From assembly GCA_043228905.1 (NCBI GenBank), contig JBHGNT010000017.1:16120001-16184000 (forward strand): 64,000 nucleotides of DNA. Direction: 5' to 3'. The notes under the pieces were generated by a model. The model saw only the letters and a list, made by a program, of their open reading frames with translations. It ran no database searches and had not been told where the DNA came from. This document shows positions 1-11,938 of this stretch, piece by piece. Source of the DNA: Azolla caroliniana (taxonomy: Eukaryota; Plantae; Polypodiophyta). Position 1 is the stretch's first letter; every line of letters starts with the position of its first letter. A program made the position numbers and the translations under genes.

Positions 1-3000
1 TTAAGCACATGCAAAGCACTAGAAGCACCCCACTCACCTTCAGGACATGTGGTGCTAGTCACTTATTATGGCACCCACGACTCAGAATCTTCAGGATTCG
101 CTTCAGGCACAAAACCCTAGGAGTAAGTTACTAAAACCGTTTCCAAAACGCAGCACAGACACAGAAGTTCATTATCGCTCCCCATCTCCATCGCTCTCAA
201 GCTCAGAAACCCCGTCTCGCTCTCATCGCGCTAAACGCTCTTGCTCTCAAGCCCTCTTTCGCTCTCATAACCCCTCTGTTGGACTTCCCCTTCCTGTTGT
301 TCCTCTTGTGGCTCGCCCTCGCCTCATCACTCTTCTTCACGCCTCCACACAGTCGAACCCCGTCTCCATCTCCACCATGCCTCTTACCGCTTCAACAGAA
401 ACCCGCGCATGGCTTCAAGAACGAGGAATGGGCGGTTACCTGAAGATCATCGATGCCCCCGCACACCCAGATGCCCAAACTGTGGTTAAACGTATAAGTC
501 CCGAAGCCATCACCAACAACGTGCTTCGAGCTGTTTTGGACCTGCAACGGGGAGGGGACCATGAGGTCGACATACCCCCGGCATCAAAGATGAAAGCGTA
601 CTTCGGTGAGTACTCAACCTCAGGGAAGGCATATCGCACGTATGGCGGTCCCAACAGAGCTTTCGGGGAGATTGCTCGTATATTAATGAAGTATGCATTC
701 GTGCATACAAACCCAACGAGCATGCCGCAGAACAAGGCAGCCATCATCATCAGCGCGTATGAAGGAAACAGAATCGATTGGGGAATCATCACAGGCGAGG
801 GACTACGCACCGCCTTAGCTTCATTTCAGTCTGGTAAGAAGATGTTGTCTGTTCTTACCCACTTTTTGATGGTTCTGTACCCACCCTCTTCTCTTCCTTC
901 CCCTCGCACACTCACGTCCCCACCACCACCACGAAGGCAGAAAGAGAAATTCGTTGCCATCAGCCACAAAGCATGGGAGGAACCCACATCGCCTCCACCT
1001 CCTGCCGCTAACCAAAACCCCGCATCTGCACCACCACCCACTCAACCCCAACAAAAAAGGGCAGTTTCCGAGACCTGCCAAGAATGGGAGGAGGAGGTAG
1101 CCGCGGAAGATAACACGGCCGATGATGTCACCATTCGACAACCAACGTCGCGCCCCTCGGTAACTTCCCCAGGGCCTAGCCCATGCCCCAACACACAGCA
1201 GGCTGCACCACCACGACCCCAGAAAAGGAAGCAGGCGGAGGAAACGACACTACCGGCCCCGGAACCCCAAACACAGTCGAGCAAGAGAAGACGGCTTAAC
1301 CGCGAGTCCTCGGAAGAACCAAAAGAGCCACAACAGGAGCAAGCCTTAGTTGTCAGACAAAGCAACCTGGCCATCATCCCTGAGGAGGCATTGCTGAACC
1401 AGGGAAAGATCGAGCATGGGCAGACAACGCAGATCTCAGAGGATGAAGTCCTCGGGTATAAGGACCTCCCCGCGGAGGCTTACGAATTTAGTGCGCTCCT
1501 ACGCCTCGGTACGACATTCGAGCTGGTCGACTTCCTCGCCAGAGCCCAAGTCACGGCAGCCGCTCGAATGGCGGAGGAGCACGCCGAAACAACAATGATT
1601 CAACGCGCGCTAATAGGTGAAATTGAGCCCCAAGAGGACAGGGCTTTACAGAAAATCGGGAGAAAGAAGCAGGCAAAACAGGTTGCTCTCCTAATGGAGG
1701 TCCCCAAGTTGAACACGGCCCTTATTGAGGCATATCGGAACCTAGATCGCACTACGCGGGCAGCCAAAGACATGGCCCGAAAGATAAAAATAGCCCAAAA
1801 ATAGGCTAAGATGGCTACAGAATTATGGCACGCTGCGAACCAGAAGCTGGCAGCCTGGGAGCAAAACCGGCCGGAACAACAACTCTTGAGCCTTCCGGTC
1901 ATGACCACCGAGGCCCTCACAGCGCCTCCACGCATAACAATGATGGATGAAAGCACCATCACCGACTCAATCATGACGATGCAGGCCAGTACACAAACGG
2001 ATTCGTTACAAATGGTCGATGCCTGCACAACAACCGAGGCACCCACGCCCATGGAGAAGACCGAGATACCACCAACTCATGCACCCAAGGAGGTGGCAAC
2101 CCAGACAGAACCCCCGTTCCGGGATTACCGTGCGGAGCTTAAAGAAGAAGAACGGCGAACCGAGAGACACGAACAACGGCATCAAGAGGCGATGGCTCGC
2201 CTAAAAGAAGAAGCTTCCAAGCAGATGGCCGAGATGAGAGCCCAGGCCGACCAAAGGATACACGAGCAGAACGAAGCACTAGGCCGGGTACAAGCGCAAG
2301 CCGCGAGCAAAGAAGCCGAACTCAACAACAAACTGGAGGAATACGCAGTCACAATGGCAAAGAAAGAGAAGGAGGTCCTAGACCTACAGGCCACGCTCGA
2401 CAATGCGAAAGACTGGAACCATCGGCAGGAGGAAAGAAATTGCCAACGGGAGGAGAGAATGATCGCGGAGAATGTCGAGCTGCAGAGTCAGCGTACGACC
2501 CTTAAAGAAATGGTTGACGAGTTTTTCATCAAATGCAAGCTACTTTCGGAGCAAAAAGACGAATTATCGGATTCCTACTTCGCCCTACAAGAAGAGAGAA
2601 TCGTCGAACGAGAACAAATCCGGGCCACGTGTCAAAAAGAACGGGAGCAAGCCACCGAAGAACTCACCAAGCGTTACGAGCAGGCTCTCCAGCTCGTAAC
2701 CGCGGATGCAAAGAACAATCAAGCTATCTATGAGCTAAGAGCACAGAAGATTCAGGCCGAGGTCGACGGTTTAAAACAGGAATTAGCAACCATCCGAGCA
2801 CAGCCCGGCATGGATGAGACACGCATCAGAATACTGATCGAGAAACAGCGCCAGCACCTTACCAAAAAGGTCGAGGAAACATTAAGTCGCGCAGGAGACG
2901 AATGGGCAGCCCAAGCTGCCGAATTGCATATTTTACGCGCCGACGCCAAGAACCGACGGAAGGAGGGCCGCGGCTTCTACAAAATGGACGAAGCCAGCAT

Positions 3001-4026
3001 ACAAAACCTGCGTGCAGATTTAACCAAGGATTAACAGTCCTTGGCAAAATCTCACATCGCGGCAATCGAGCAAATAATGGAGGACTTCAATGATGGTCAG
3101 ATGTTGTTTCGCCTGGAAGCAGAAGCCTTCGAACGAGAACGACTCGCAACCATCCGAACCAGCCCTCCAACAGCCACAGAGCAGAAGGAAGAACCTTCCA
3201 GCAAGGAGATCACGGACACGGCACAGGAGGAACTTGCCCCGGCCAACAGACATCCCATGGACGCCCACACATTACCAGATCCTGTCGAAGTAGAGGTCAG
3301 CGCCCACGAACCTACACCCCCACCAGAAGAATCGGCCGCACCTGAGGCGGACGCCCGAGAAGATATGACACCCCCGGACCAAACTCAACCCCCCGCACCG
3401 ACAGTCCAACCAGACCATCCTGCCACCACCCCGGACCCCGACAACATCCTCGACATCTTAAAAGAGGAATGAAACGAGGATCACGCCTAAAAGGCAATTT
3501 TTGTAATATTGTTAGTATTTTGTAAGTCGTGGGTCCGACGGACAAGGTCCTGTCCCACGGGCATGCCAGGTGTTGTCCAGAGGACAAAAATGTAAAATGA
3601 GGGAATTAGCAAACGCCGAGTCCGAGTATCACGGGCCACCGACGGCTCGGCTATGTATTAGGGGAAAAGTTATTTAAACGAGGACCAGTACCTCAGAGAG
3701 GGAGAGAAGAAAAATATAGGCGGAAGCACTAGCTTAGTCCCTCGTAACTAGATAAACTTGTAAGGTCACCGGCCATAGGCCGTGTTCTGTAATCTTTTCT
3801 GTCATAGTAATATATCTGATTTGTGCCCAATTTGCTCCATGAGTCTGTGCTTTGATCCATACCTATGAGTTCAACGCCGCCCACGCCTATCAAGACCTCG
3901 CTAGTGTTTTCTCTCTGAGCCCTGTCTCTCTCTCGACGCCTCTGTTACTAGCCTTCACGTACCACGCCCTTGAATACCGATAGCCGCAGATCTATCGAAG
4001 GTGTTCACCCAAAGGAACGGGTAACA
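1..4026 (+). mobile_element. 3' part of an LTR retrotransposon (probably Ty3/gypsy) with a large extra ORF; 3' LTR ~3470-4026
   Basis: Purine tract AAAAGAGGAA directly before TG at 3470; TATA-like tatttaaa followed by a GA-rich stretch; ends GGGTAACA at 4026, where host gag sequence (ttgtcgaggat, compare 56457-56467) resumes. The 5' part lies outside the window. Confidence 0.7.
68..3472 (+). pseudogene. ~1130-codon extra ORF of the LTR element, broken by two in-frame stops
   Basis: ORFs 68-1804, 1811-3034 and 3041-3472 share one frame and are separated only by TAG (1802) and TAA (3032). Globular-looking N-terminal segment, Pro-rich linker, basic NLS-like motifs, long E/K/Q/R coiled coil. The final TGA overlaps the LTR's first TG. 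Confidence 0.75.
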
Positions 4027-5880
4027 TTGTCGAGGATTCATTCCTCAAGGACCTTCCGCAGGTCCGTCGTTCTTTCTATCTCAGTGCTCAACTGGTAACC
4101 AACTTTCTTTGTTTTATCCGGTGTGCCGGAGGTACCGGCGTCATTCTGCTTCAGCCTGAACTGGGTCTCATACCGTTGGGAGAGTCCGGCCCCTCCGGCT
4201 TTTCCCGCACGTTTGTCTTCTACGCGAACCTCGTAGTTCTGGCACGCGGCCTCCACGAAGCCGGTCTTTTCCTCGATCAGGTCGCTCCACCCGGTGACCT
4301 CCCAGACCCACCTTTCTGTGTGATCCGCTTCCTCTTTCCTCAACTGCATACCGACGAGGCCTTCTAGTACCACCGGCCAGAACCCGGAGTCCTTCGTCTT
4401 TCGGCCTTTGTCACTCCTAACCCGGATTCCTGCCGACACCGAGTAGTGGAGGGTCTCTGCGTGGCGTGTTGCTACTTCTTCCATCAACCTCTTCATTCCT
4501 CCTCGTCTAATATTCAGCTCCAGGGCTCTCCGGGTCTCGCTAACATGCACCCTCTCGTTCCACATGTACACCACGTTAGCCTTTACTGCTTCGACGAAGT
4601 CCACGCAGTCCTTCCGAATGTGACCGACCGCATCACACCACAAGCACCGATGCCCACCCTGAGGCCTTCGATCACAAGGCTGCTCGTTGTCGTCCCTCCT
4701 TGCCTGTGCAATCTGGAGGTCTCGTACCATCCACGTCAGCTGCTCTAGAGCCGCTCCTCCGGGCGGGCTTTTGACCACGCTGGTCGATGTCGAGCCTGTC
4801 TCGAGCCAATCCTGGGTTTCCTCCCTTCGCGTTGGCGGGAGTCCCTCGAGCTTCCTTGTCATAACCGCTCTTGCCCCCGATGAGCCCTTGTCGACCCACT
4901 CACATCGTTTGTCAAAACGACTGCAAACTCTCTTTACCACGGCCCAGTCGTGACGGGAACTCAACGTTCCTTATGCGCAACGCTCGGCCACAACCGAGCT
5001 TAGAATGATACACAGAAAAACGGGAAATAAAACACGAAACAAAGAAGAAGAGAATACACAGGAGGTTTACGTGGAAAACCCCAAACTAGGGGAAAAACCA
5101 CGGCAACCCACAGGCTGCAAACTGTCACTATGTAAGAATATACAACAGTGAGCTCACTGAGGCACCAACCTCGTGCTCACAGATCTTCGCCACAAGCGGC
5201 GGTTACAACGGAGGCAACGACCTCTTTCTCTCTCTCTCTCTCTCTGTACAGTTACGCACACTGATCTCGTGCAAGACAGAAAATGACAACAACAAACTAC
5301 TAGTTTGCCCTAAGTCATATTTATACTAATATGACTTTTCAGCTATTTACAAATATAGCCTCGATGGACTATCAGAAAACATATTTACGAATATGTCTCT
5401 TCATCCGGTTCTCCGTAGCCGGGTACTCCTCATCCGGTCTTCACCGGGTCTGCATCATCCGGCTCTCCGTAGCCGGGGCCATCAACCCATCATCTGTCTC
5501 TAGTAGGAGACCCACCTGATCTCGATCTTGCGCGTCCACGGATTTGACAAACAACAAGATGTGGCTCATGTCCAGCACTGTTCTGTCCAACGTCGAGAGC
5601 CACGCGAAGCGTTCTTCAAACTCCCAAAGAAGCGTCGATGCATTCCTCCCTTTTCCGGGGGTCTCCACCCAATCCATGAAGTCCCACTTCGATAACCGAA
5701 GCGCGTCATCAAGCCCGTACCGTTCGAGGAGCCGTGCTTCGAATTCTCCCCAGGTCCGGCATCCAACCTGCACCTCGAGCACCTCTGCGTGAATGCCCGG
5801 TGTCACCACCCGAGGGAACCCAGCCAAACGCCTTTCCTCCAGGATGTTCCTCATCACCATTTCGGCTCGGTAGGCCACCA
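4027..5880 (-). mobile_element. Degraded Ty3/gypsy gag region (host element A)
   Basis: ORFs 5441-5881 and 4038-4964 join across an insertion (GLMA|DWAVVKR); zinc knuckle CLWCDAVGHIRKDC; homologous to 55926-63209. Confidence 0.8.
4951..5477 (-). mobile_element. Truncated solo LTR (copia-like) inserted in gag
   Basis: Begins TG at 4951 (CA end on minus); tttacgtggaaaacccc...gggaaaaaccacgg motif; shares gctatttaca.a.atagcc with LTR 9556-9854. The other terminus and the TSD are missing. Confidence 0.65.
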
Positions 5881-5959
5881 AATAACTCCTAGAGTCTTCT
5901 CAGCCTTCTCCCCTCCCTTTTATAGGCCCCCGGGGTCAAACCGTTATACCTTGGTTACA
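5881..5959 (-). mobile_element. LTR fragment
   Basis: Minus strand reads TGTAACC...CCTATAAAAGGGAGGGGAGAAG, then fuses to gag. Confidence 0.45.
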
Positions 5960-6199
5960 TCATCTTTATTTCTGTCACTTCAGACAAAGATACAGTACAA
6001 TTTCCCAAACAATAAATGCGTACTACCTAGTATCCTCACGCCAACCGAATTGCTCCTAAATATGTACAAGTTATTAAATAGCATGCCCGCATGTAAGGGC
6101 CAATTCATGCACATATTTCCCTGATTCCTCCTAGGGGCGGTTTTCTCCATGATAGCGCGTGAACGAGGATTCTGGCCATTTGGAGAAAAGGGAGTCGGA

Positions 6200-6848
6200 T
6201 GCGTGTGAACGGAGATGTACAAGGATGCACATGAACAAGGCTTAATGTACATATAAACATATGTAAATATCGAGGATAATAAGTACAAAGACAAATAAAT
6301 ATAGATATAGTATTTATAAGTACTAGGTGGGGTAGTTAATGGGTAATTTAATGACCCACAAAAAGAGGGGAATAGTAGGATAATGTGAGAGAGAATCGAG
6401 GGAGAATCGCTGACAGAAAACGGATGTCATTATGCATGATATAACGACCTCTCCTTGTGCTATAAAATGACAGTTTTTGAACTGTTGAGGGAATCGATCA
6501 TTTTGGGGAGGACGAAGTGTTGTCAGACTGAGCTCTGCAGGTTTTGGTTTTCTGTTCTGAGTTTCTGGTGTTGGTAAGGAGGCATCTGTTTCATGCTAGA
6601 AGCCCACCTGCTCTCGATCAGAGGCTCACTAGTGTTTGCATGCATGTGTTAAGAGCTCGAAGCTCTATTACCAGTCGTGCCCGATTGTATTCCTCTCAAT
6701 TACTGACTAATCGATTATCTTTGTTGCTATCTGGATCTCGTTATGTCATTGAGTGTCTCTCTCTGTTTTTGTTCACGTTCTCATCTTCCGCTTTCTATCA
6801 CTTGCGTGTTTGGCTAAGTGTCTAAGCCCGTGTGCTCATCATCCAACA
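6200..6848 (+). mobile_element. LTR (probably of the + strand gypsy whose RT follows)
   Basis: ctataaaat near 6460; pyrimidine-rich U5; ends CCAACA at 6848, followed by PBS-like (c)ggtgactag. 5' boundary uncertain; a purine tract precedes TG at 6200. Confidence 0.5.
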
Positions 6849-7177
6849 TTCGGTGACTAGTCTAGTTCGGTTACGTACTCGTGCTCGTGTGCCTGCGAAG
6901 ATATTCGGATATTCACTACACTTTCTCTCACTCTCTTATCGGCTCCTTCGTCCAAGACCCCGGTGGTCCTGCCCTGTTTCAACAACATTCTGAAGTTGAT
7001 GAAGCTGCTCAAGGAGAAGTTAGACATGGGGATCCTCAAACCGTCGAGTGCCCCTTACTTGAATTGATGGTTCATGGTACCAAAGAAGGACGACACGTTG
7101 CGCTTCATTCAAGACTTGCAGTTGGTCAACAAAGTGACCATTCGAAATGCAGGGGTCAGACCGACCATCGACGAGTT

Positions 7178-9854
7178 CCGTTCTGCTCCGGATTATAGGG
7201 TGTCGTATATTCACGTCGAATGTTGCGTTCCTGGCAAAATTTGACGAATTCGTCAGACTTGAATTCTCCTCCATTATCGGTTCGGAGACATTTTAGTTTC
7301 TGACCGGTCTGGTTTTCGACCATTGCAAGCCATTCAGAGAAGATCAAGAACACCCGATCTTTGGTTCTAATGGGGTAAGCCCACACCTTGCGAGTCGAGT
7401 CGTCAATAAAACTGACGAAGTACGAAGCATTGCCGAGAGACTGATGTGGCATCAGGCCACAAACGTCCAAGTGGACCAAATCGAGGGGACTCGATTCTCT
7501 TGGTGCTGATGTCGGGTGTGATGCGGCTACATGTTTGTCGTACTGGCAATGCTCACAGAATTGGTGATCCGAGAAGGAGAGCTTGGGGATGTAACCGGCT
7601 TTGGATAGGTGCGTGATGTCGGCCTTGCTGAGGTGTCCAAGTCGTTTGTGCCACAACGATGACACGGGGATATCAACCAAAAATAAGTCACCCTCTTTGA
7701 GTGTGACATATAAAGGGTGCAAAGAGTGTACCTTTGGTCCTCAAGCAAGCAAGAGGTTCCCTTTGTGGAGTGTCCACCCTCCTTATGAGAACCCGACACG
7801 GATGTCAGCTTCGTCAAGTTGTCCGACTGAGATCAGGGGTCTTGAAAGCTCAAGAACGTGTCAGACGTTGTGTAGTATGAGTGTAGAGCCACCCGGAAGG
7901 TTGAGCTCTACGGTGCCGATTCCGATTATGGCACAGTGTTGCGAGTTCCCAACTTGAACTGAGTCGGAGTGCCGGTCCGAGTATTGCAGAAACTGAGATC
8001 GGTGAGGTGTCACATGATACGATGCGCCCGAGTCCAGGAGCCATGTGCTCGATTCCTCAGTCGTAAGCAAAACTTCTTATTCGACTAGGTTCTCTATGGA
8101 CAGTATGTTCGGGTTGGTCATCAAAATTTTGGCTGAAGAGCTGACGTAGTTTACCTCCTCATGCCGGCTACTCTTCTGATCCACTTTCTGAGCTTTGTCG
8201 GTTTTTGCTTTGAGTGCTTGGCAGTCGGCTTTGATGTGTCCCGGTTTCTTGCAGTAGTTGCAGATTCGGTTGTCCCGGAACTTGCTCCGGCTTTGCTTAT
8301 TGTTCGGCGGTTGGGAAGAACTTCTTCCCCGGTCGGTCGGTCGGTCGGTCGAACCTTGTACTAAGCTTCATTTGCCGAGTCTTTGGCGAAAGACTTTCTC
8401 TGAGCTGCTTCAGTCAGGATTGTGCTCGTGATTTCGGAGTACTTAATGGCAGTTGTTGAAGCATTGCACACAGTTGTGAAGAAAGTTTCCCAAGAAGAGG
8501 GGAGACTACTCATGAGTATCATTGCTCTGAGTTCATCCTCTATTGCCGTCCCCTGAGACGATATCTGGGAGCTTAGGCTTTCGTACTCGTTGAGGTGTGC
8601 CTAAACCGAATCAAATTCTTTCATCCGCAAGTTGTAGAGGCGCCGGATCAGATACATCTTCGTTGCGGCGACCTTCTTTTCATAAGTTTCCGACAGTGTT
8701 TTCCAAAGTTCAAAAGTTGTCGAGCATGATTGCACTGTGAAGTACACTAACTCCGACAAGTGCATCCGAATCGTGGCACAGACAATTCTGTCCAACTTTA
8801 GCCACTCGTTTGCCTTGTATGCTTCTGGAGGATTTTCATTCTCAATCGGGTCTATCTAACCCTTGACTATGAGATAGTCCTGCATTTGTTCCTTCCAGAA
8901 GTTGAAGTTCGAACCGTCGAACCTCCTTAGACTCATCTCCGATGAGCCGGATGTTGATGCCATCTGATTCAGTTTCGGTTGGTAAGACTCTGTTCGGAGT
9001 TGACTAGGAACCTTAGTGGGGTGCGGCCGGTCGACTCACCCGATATCGTTCTAGTCAGTCTTGAACCCGAGTCGATTTGGTTTCTACCTTCTTCGAGTGA
9101 CTCCGGTTAGCTTCCGATTGTATGCCGAATACCGATCACAAGAAACCGATTGTTTAGGTCGATTATGCTTCGGATGACTGTAGCGATGAGAGGGACGGAT
9201 CCAACTTATCCTCCCGAATGTCGATCAGTCGAATGAAGCATGGATTTGGTTGTTGCCTAGAGACCAATCTGCAACGGGTGAATAGTGTTTGGTGACCTAT
9301 TCGGATGTTGTTTAACCAAATGAAGCACGATTGGGTCGGGTGTTGCACAAGGAACTCACCTCAAGTGGTTACAATCGCAGGAACAGAGTATAGTCGGTTA
9401 GCTTACTCCAATTAGTGATTTAACACAGTGAGATGCAGATTTCTTGTTTGTCTTCTCTCTTCTCTATTCTTCAAGAAAAACAGAAACAGAGTGTTGTGTG
9501 GTGTACTATGACAGCCGACAGCGGGTTGAAGAACCTCCAACGCTCTGATACCAAATGTTGGGGACAAGGTCGTTAGTGCGGAAGAACAAACAACATCTGT
9601 GATGTTGAAAGACCTGTGTATGAGAATAAACAAGATACAGAGAGAGAGAGAGAGAGATAGGCACAAAGAAACGTTTTATTTCTTAATAGCAACAATTGCA
9701 AATGACAACCAACCTTTCACTAAAGGTTACAAAGTCACTTTATATAGTGGCTATCCTAGGGAAACTACCCTTTATGCTATTTACAGAAATAGCCCAAACT
9801 TGGGTTGTCCAAAGGGATAGTGTGAATACGGCCATTATACACTCATATTTGACA
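7178..9854 (-). mobile_element. Ty1/copia element (Tnt1/Tork-like), 3'-deleted; 5' LTR 9556-9854
   Basis: TG..CA LTR; Met-tRNA PBS; gag from 8963 (RFDGSNFNFWKEQMQDYL); protease WLLDSGASYH; GAG-pre-integrase LWHKRLGH; integrase LRTDNGGEF...PEQNG, cut at 7178. Confidence 0.9.
9541..9553 (-). promoter_or_regulatory. Primer-binding site (initiator Met tRNA)
   Basis: TGGTATCAGAGCG, 2 nt after the LTR end. Confidence 0.9.
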
Positions 9855-10899
9855 AGGTGGATCTACTCGGTCAGCGACTTGTACTCAGGGTACGACTAGT
9901 TCCAACTAGACGTCAAAAGCAGGGACATCACGATGATGTGAACCCCTCTTGGCTTAGTTTGGATGTGTACCATGCCTGCCTCAAGGAGGTACCAATTCGG
10001 TGGTGCACATGGTGAATGCAATGAACAAGGTACTGAGGTACTACATCACCATGCCATTTCTGGATGGCATCCCGATTAAGGGGTGTTCGGAGGACACGAA
10101 GGACGAATCGGTTGGAGAGGACGGGCGTTGGAAGTTCGTTGCCAACCAAATCGTCAACTATGAGAAGATACTGGACTGGCTAACCTTCTGAGGAGAGAAG
10201 TCGGCTTTCAGGCAGTCAAAGATCATGGTGGTCAGACACCTATGCAAATCGTATGGTCGGAAACTGTCTCCAACAAAGGTAGAAGCCATTTCGGCCATGA
10301 AGGAAGAATGTTGGACGACCATCGAGGTTCCGCGATTCTTAGGGACCTATGCCTTCTAACACATATGGATCCCCCACTATGCGCATATTGCCAAGCCACT
10401 CTATGAGCTGTTGAAGAAGGGACGGAAGTTCGAGTGGAGAGGAGAGCACTCGGAGGCAGTTCGAAGATTGCAGGGAATGTTGTCGACAGCATCAACTCTC
10501 CGGAAAGTGGTGTACGGGAAGGAGTCCCCGATTTTCGTCACAGTCGACACAAGGCCGACTGGAATTGGATGGGTAATTAACCAGGAAGATGAATCTGGAA
10601 CGTGGTTAGCCATCCGATTCGGTGCAAAGGTGTTAAGTGAGTGACTAATATTGAACCAAAATAAATAGTTCATCAATGACCAAAGCACCAATTTATATAC
10701 CGTAGTTGGACCTATACAATGTTCTCCAACTATCGCCCATGCATGATCGCCACATGACATTCATGCATCAACCTCTATGAGGTAGCAATATCTTATATTA
10801 TTACAACTGTATAAATGAGATTACCAAATAAAGCTTAGGTATATACACATATTAAGGGTCATCGATTCAAGTTCTCCTATGATCTTTTCATGACGACTA

Positions 10900-11390
10900 T
10901 GGTATTTTATACATGTATAATCTTTAATGTGCATGTTTGTCCTATGGATGCTTGGTTTCCTTGGATTGTTACAAGTTCTTTCAGTTATTCTTCGTCATAA
11001 AAATCCATGGCAATACACGATGCAGATGAGGAGATAGGGAAGATGTTATGCAGCGAAAGATAAGGACCAATAGCTTAGCGTCAGACAAACAACAATACAT
11101 ATGACTAGAAGAATGGATATGCATTGTTAGCAAGATTCAAAGATCAAGAAGCACAAACAGTTGCACTCAGTTAAGCTCAAAGGCAGACTTGCTTATTCCC
11201 TCCAAAAACTCTCACAGTTACAATGACTTAGTTGGGGGCTTTATATGGCTAAGCCCTATCTACCTCGTGTGTTCATACTAGAGATACAAATGGGTAGAGT
11301 CGGCCTTTTATGCCAACAGCAGGTTCATTGCATTGTGGAAAACTTTCAAGTGATGAGCACCGATGGTGAATTGATGCACAGAGAAGAAAT
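10900..11390 (+). mobile_element. Possible highly degraded LINE 3' region
   Basis: Remnant LEIQMGR..LCQ resembles the RTE-X C-terminal remnants elsewhere in the window. Confidence 0.3.
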
Positions 11391-11803
11391 GGGCGAAACT
11401 CGAGGCATCTCATCAATGCCGAGCCAAGAGTCTAGCGTGAGTGAAGCACAGAGGATGGCTGAATCGAGAGACATTGGCAGCTCCACGCGGGCTTTCGCTC
11501 GGGATCACACGCGTTGATTTCGCTGGGGGGGGGGGGGGAGAACGAGTGCATGACAACGTAGTTTTGTCGCCAAAAAGAAGGAAGAAACAGAGACAGGCAT
11601 CTCTCACGATTCTCTCGGCTCTGAAGGAGAATTAGCTGGTGATGTTTCGGTCGGTCAGAATCGTCGGCAATCGTTCGCCAGTTTTCTCGCTAGTTTTCTT
11701 CGGCAGTGTACACACACACACAAGGCTTCACAAATGGATAAGATGGAGATTTTGATTGAGGAGCTCCAATGGCAGGCAGGAATCTACCCTTCCAGATCCT
11801 CTG

Positions 11804-11804
<1 letters not shown>

Positions 11805-11849
<45 letters not shown>
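11805..11849. repeat. (CT)n microsatellite in the TL29 5' region
   Basis: Direct reading. Confidence 0.95.
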
Positions 11850-11851
<2 letters not shown>

Positions 11852-11938
11852 GGACAGACCCTGATACAGACTCAGATTCAGACTCAGACACAGAGGGAAA
11901 AGCAGCAGACACAGAAGCTGCTGCTTTGCATAGGTACC

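Larger units (their letters stand above)
6960..10645 (+). mobile_element. Degraded Ty3/gypsy RT/RNase H, split by the copia insertion
   Basis: WFMVPKKDDTLRFIQDLQLVNKVTIRNAG (to 7177) resumes at 9855 with RWIYSVSDLYSGYD, PFLDG(D)IPIKG and IFVTVDT..GIGWV. Confidence 0.85.

Noticed and set aside
68-3472. Three-gene operon or programmed readthrough
   Set aside because: Stops are more simply C>T decay in one ORF; testing needs other copies.
11690-11938. ORFs with ERERER/SLSLSL runs (also 31370-31604, 39108-39524, 57039-57233)
   Set aside because: Translations of microsatellites.
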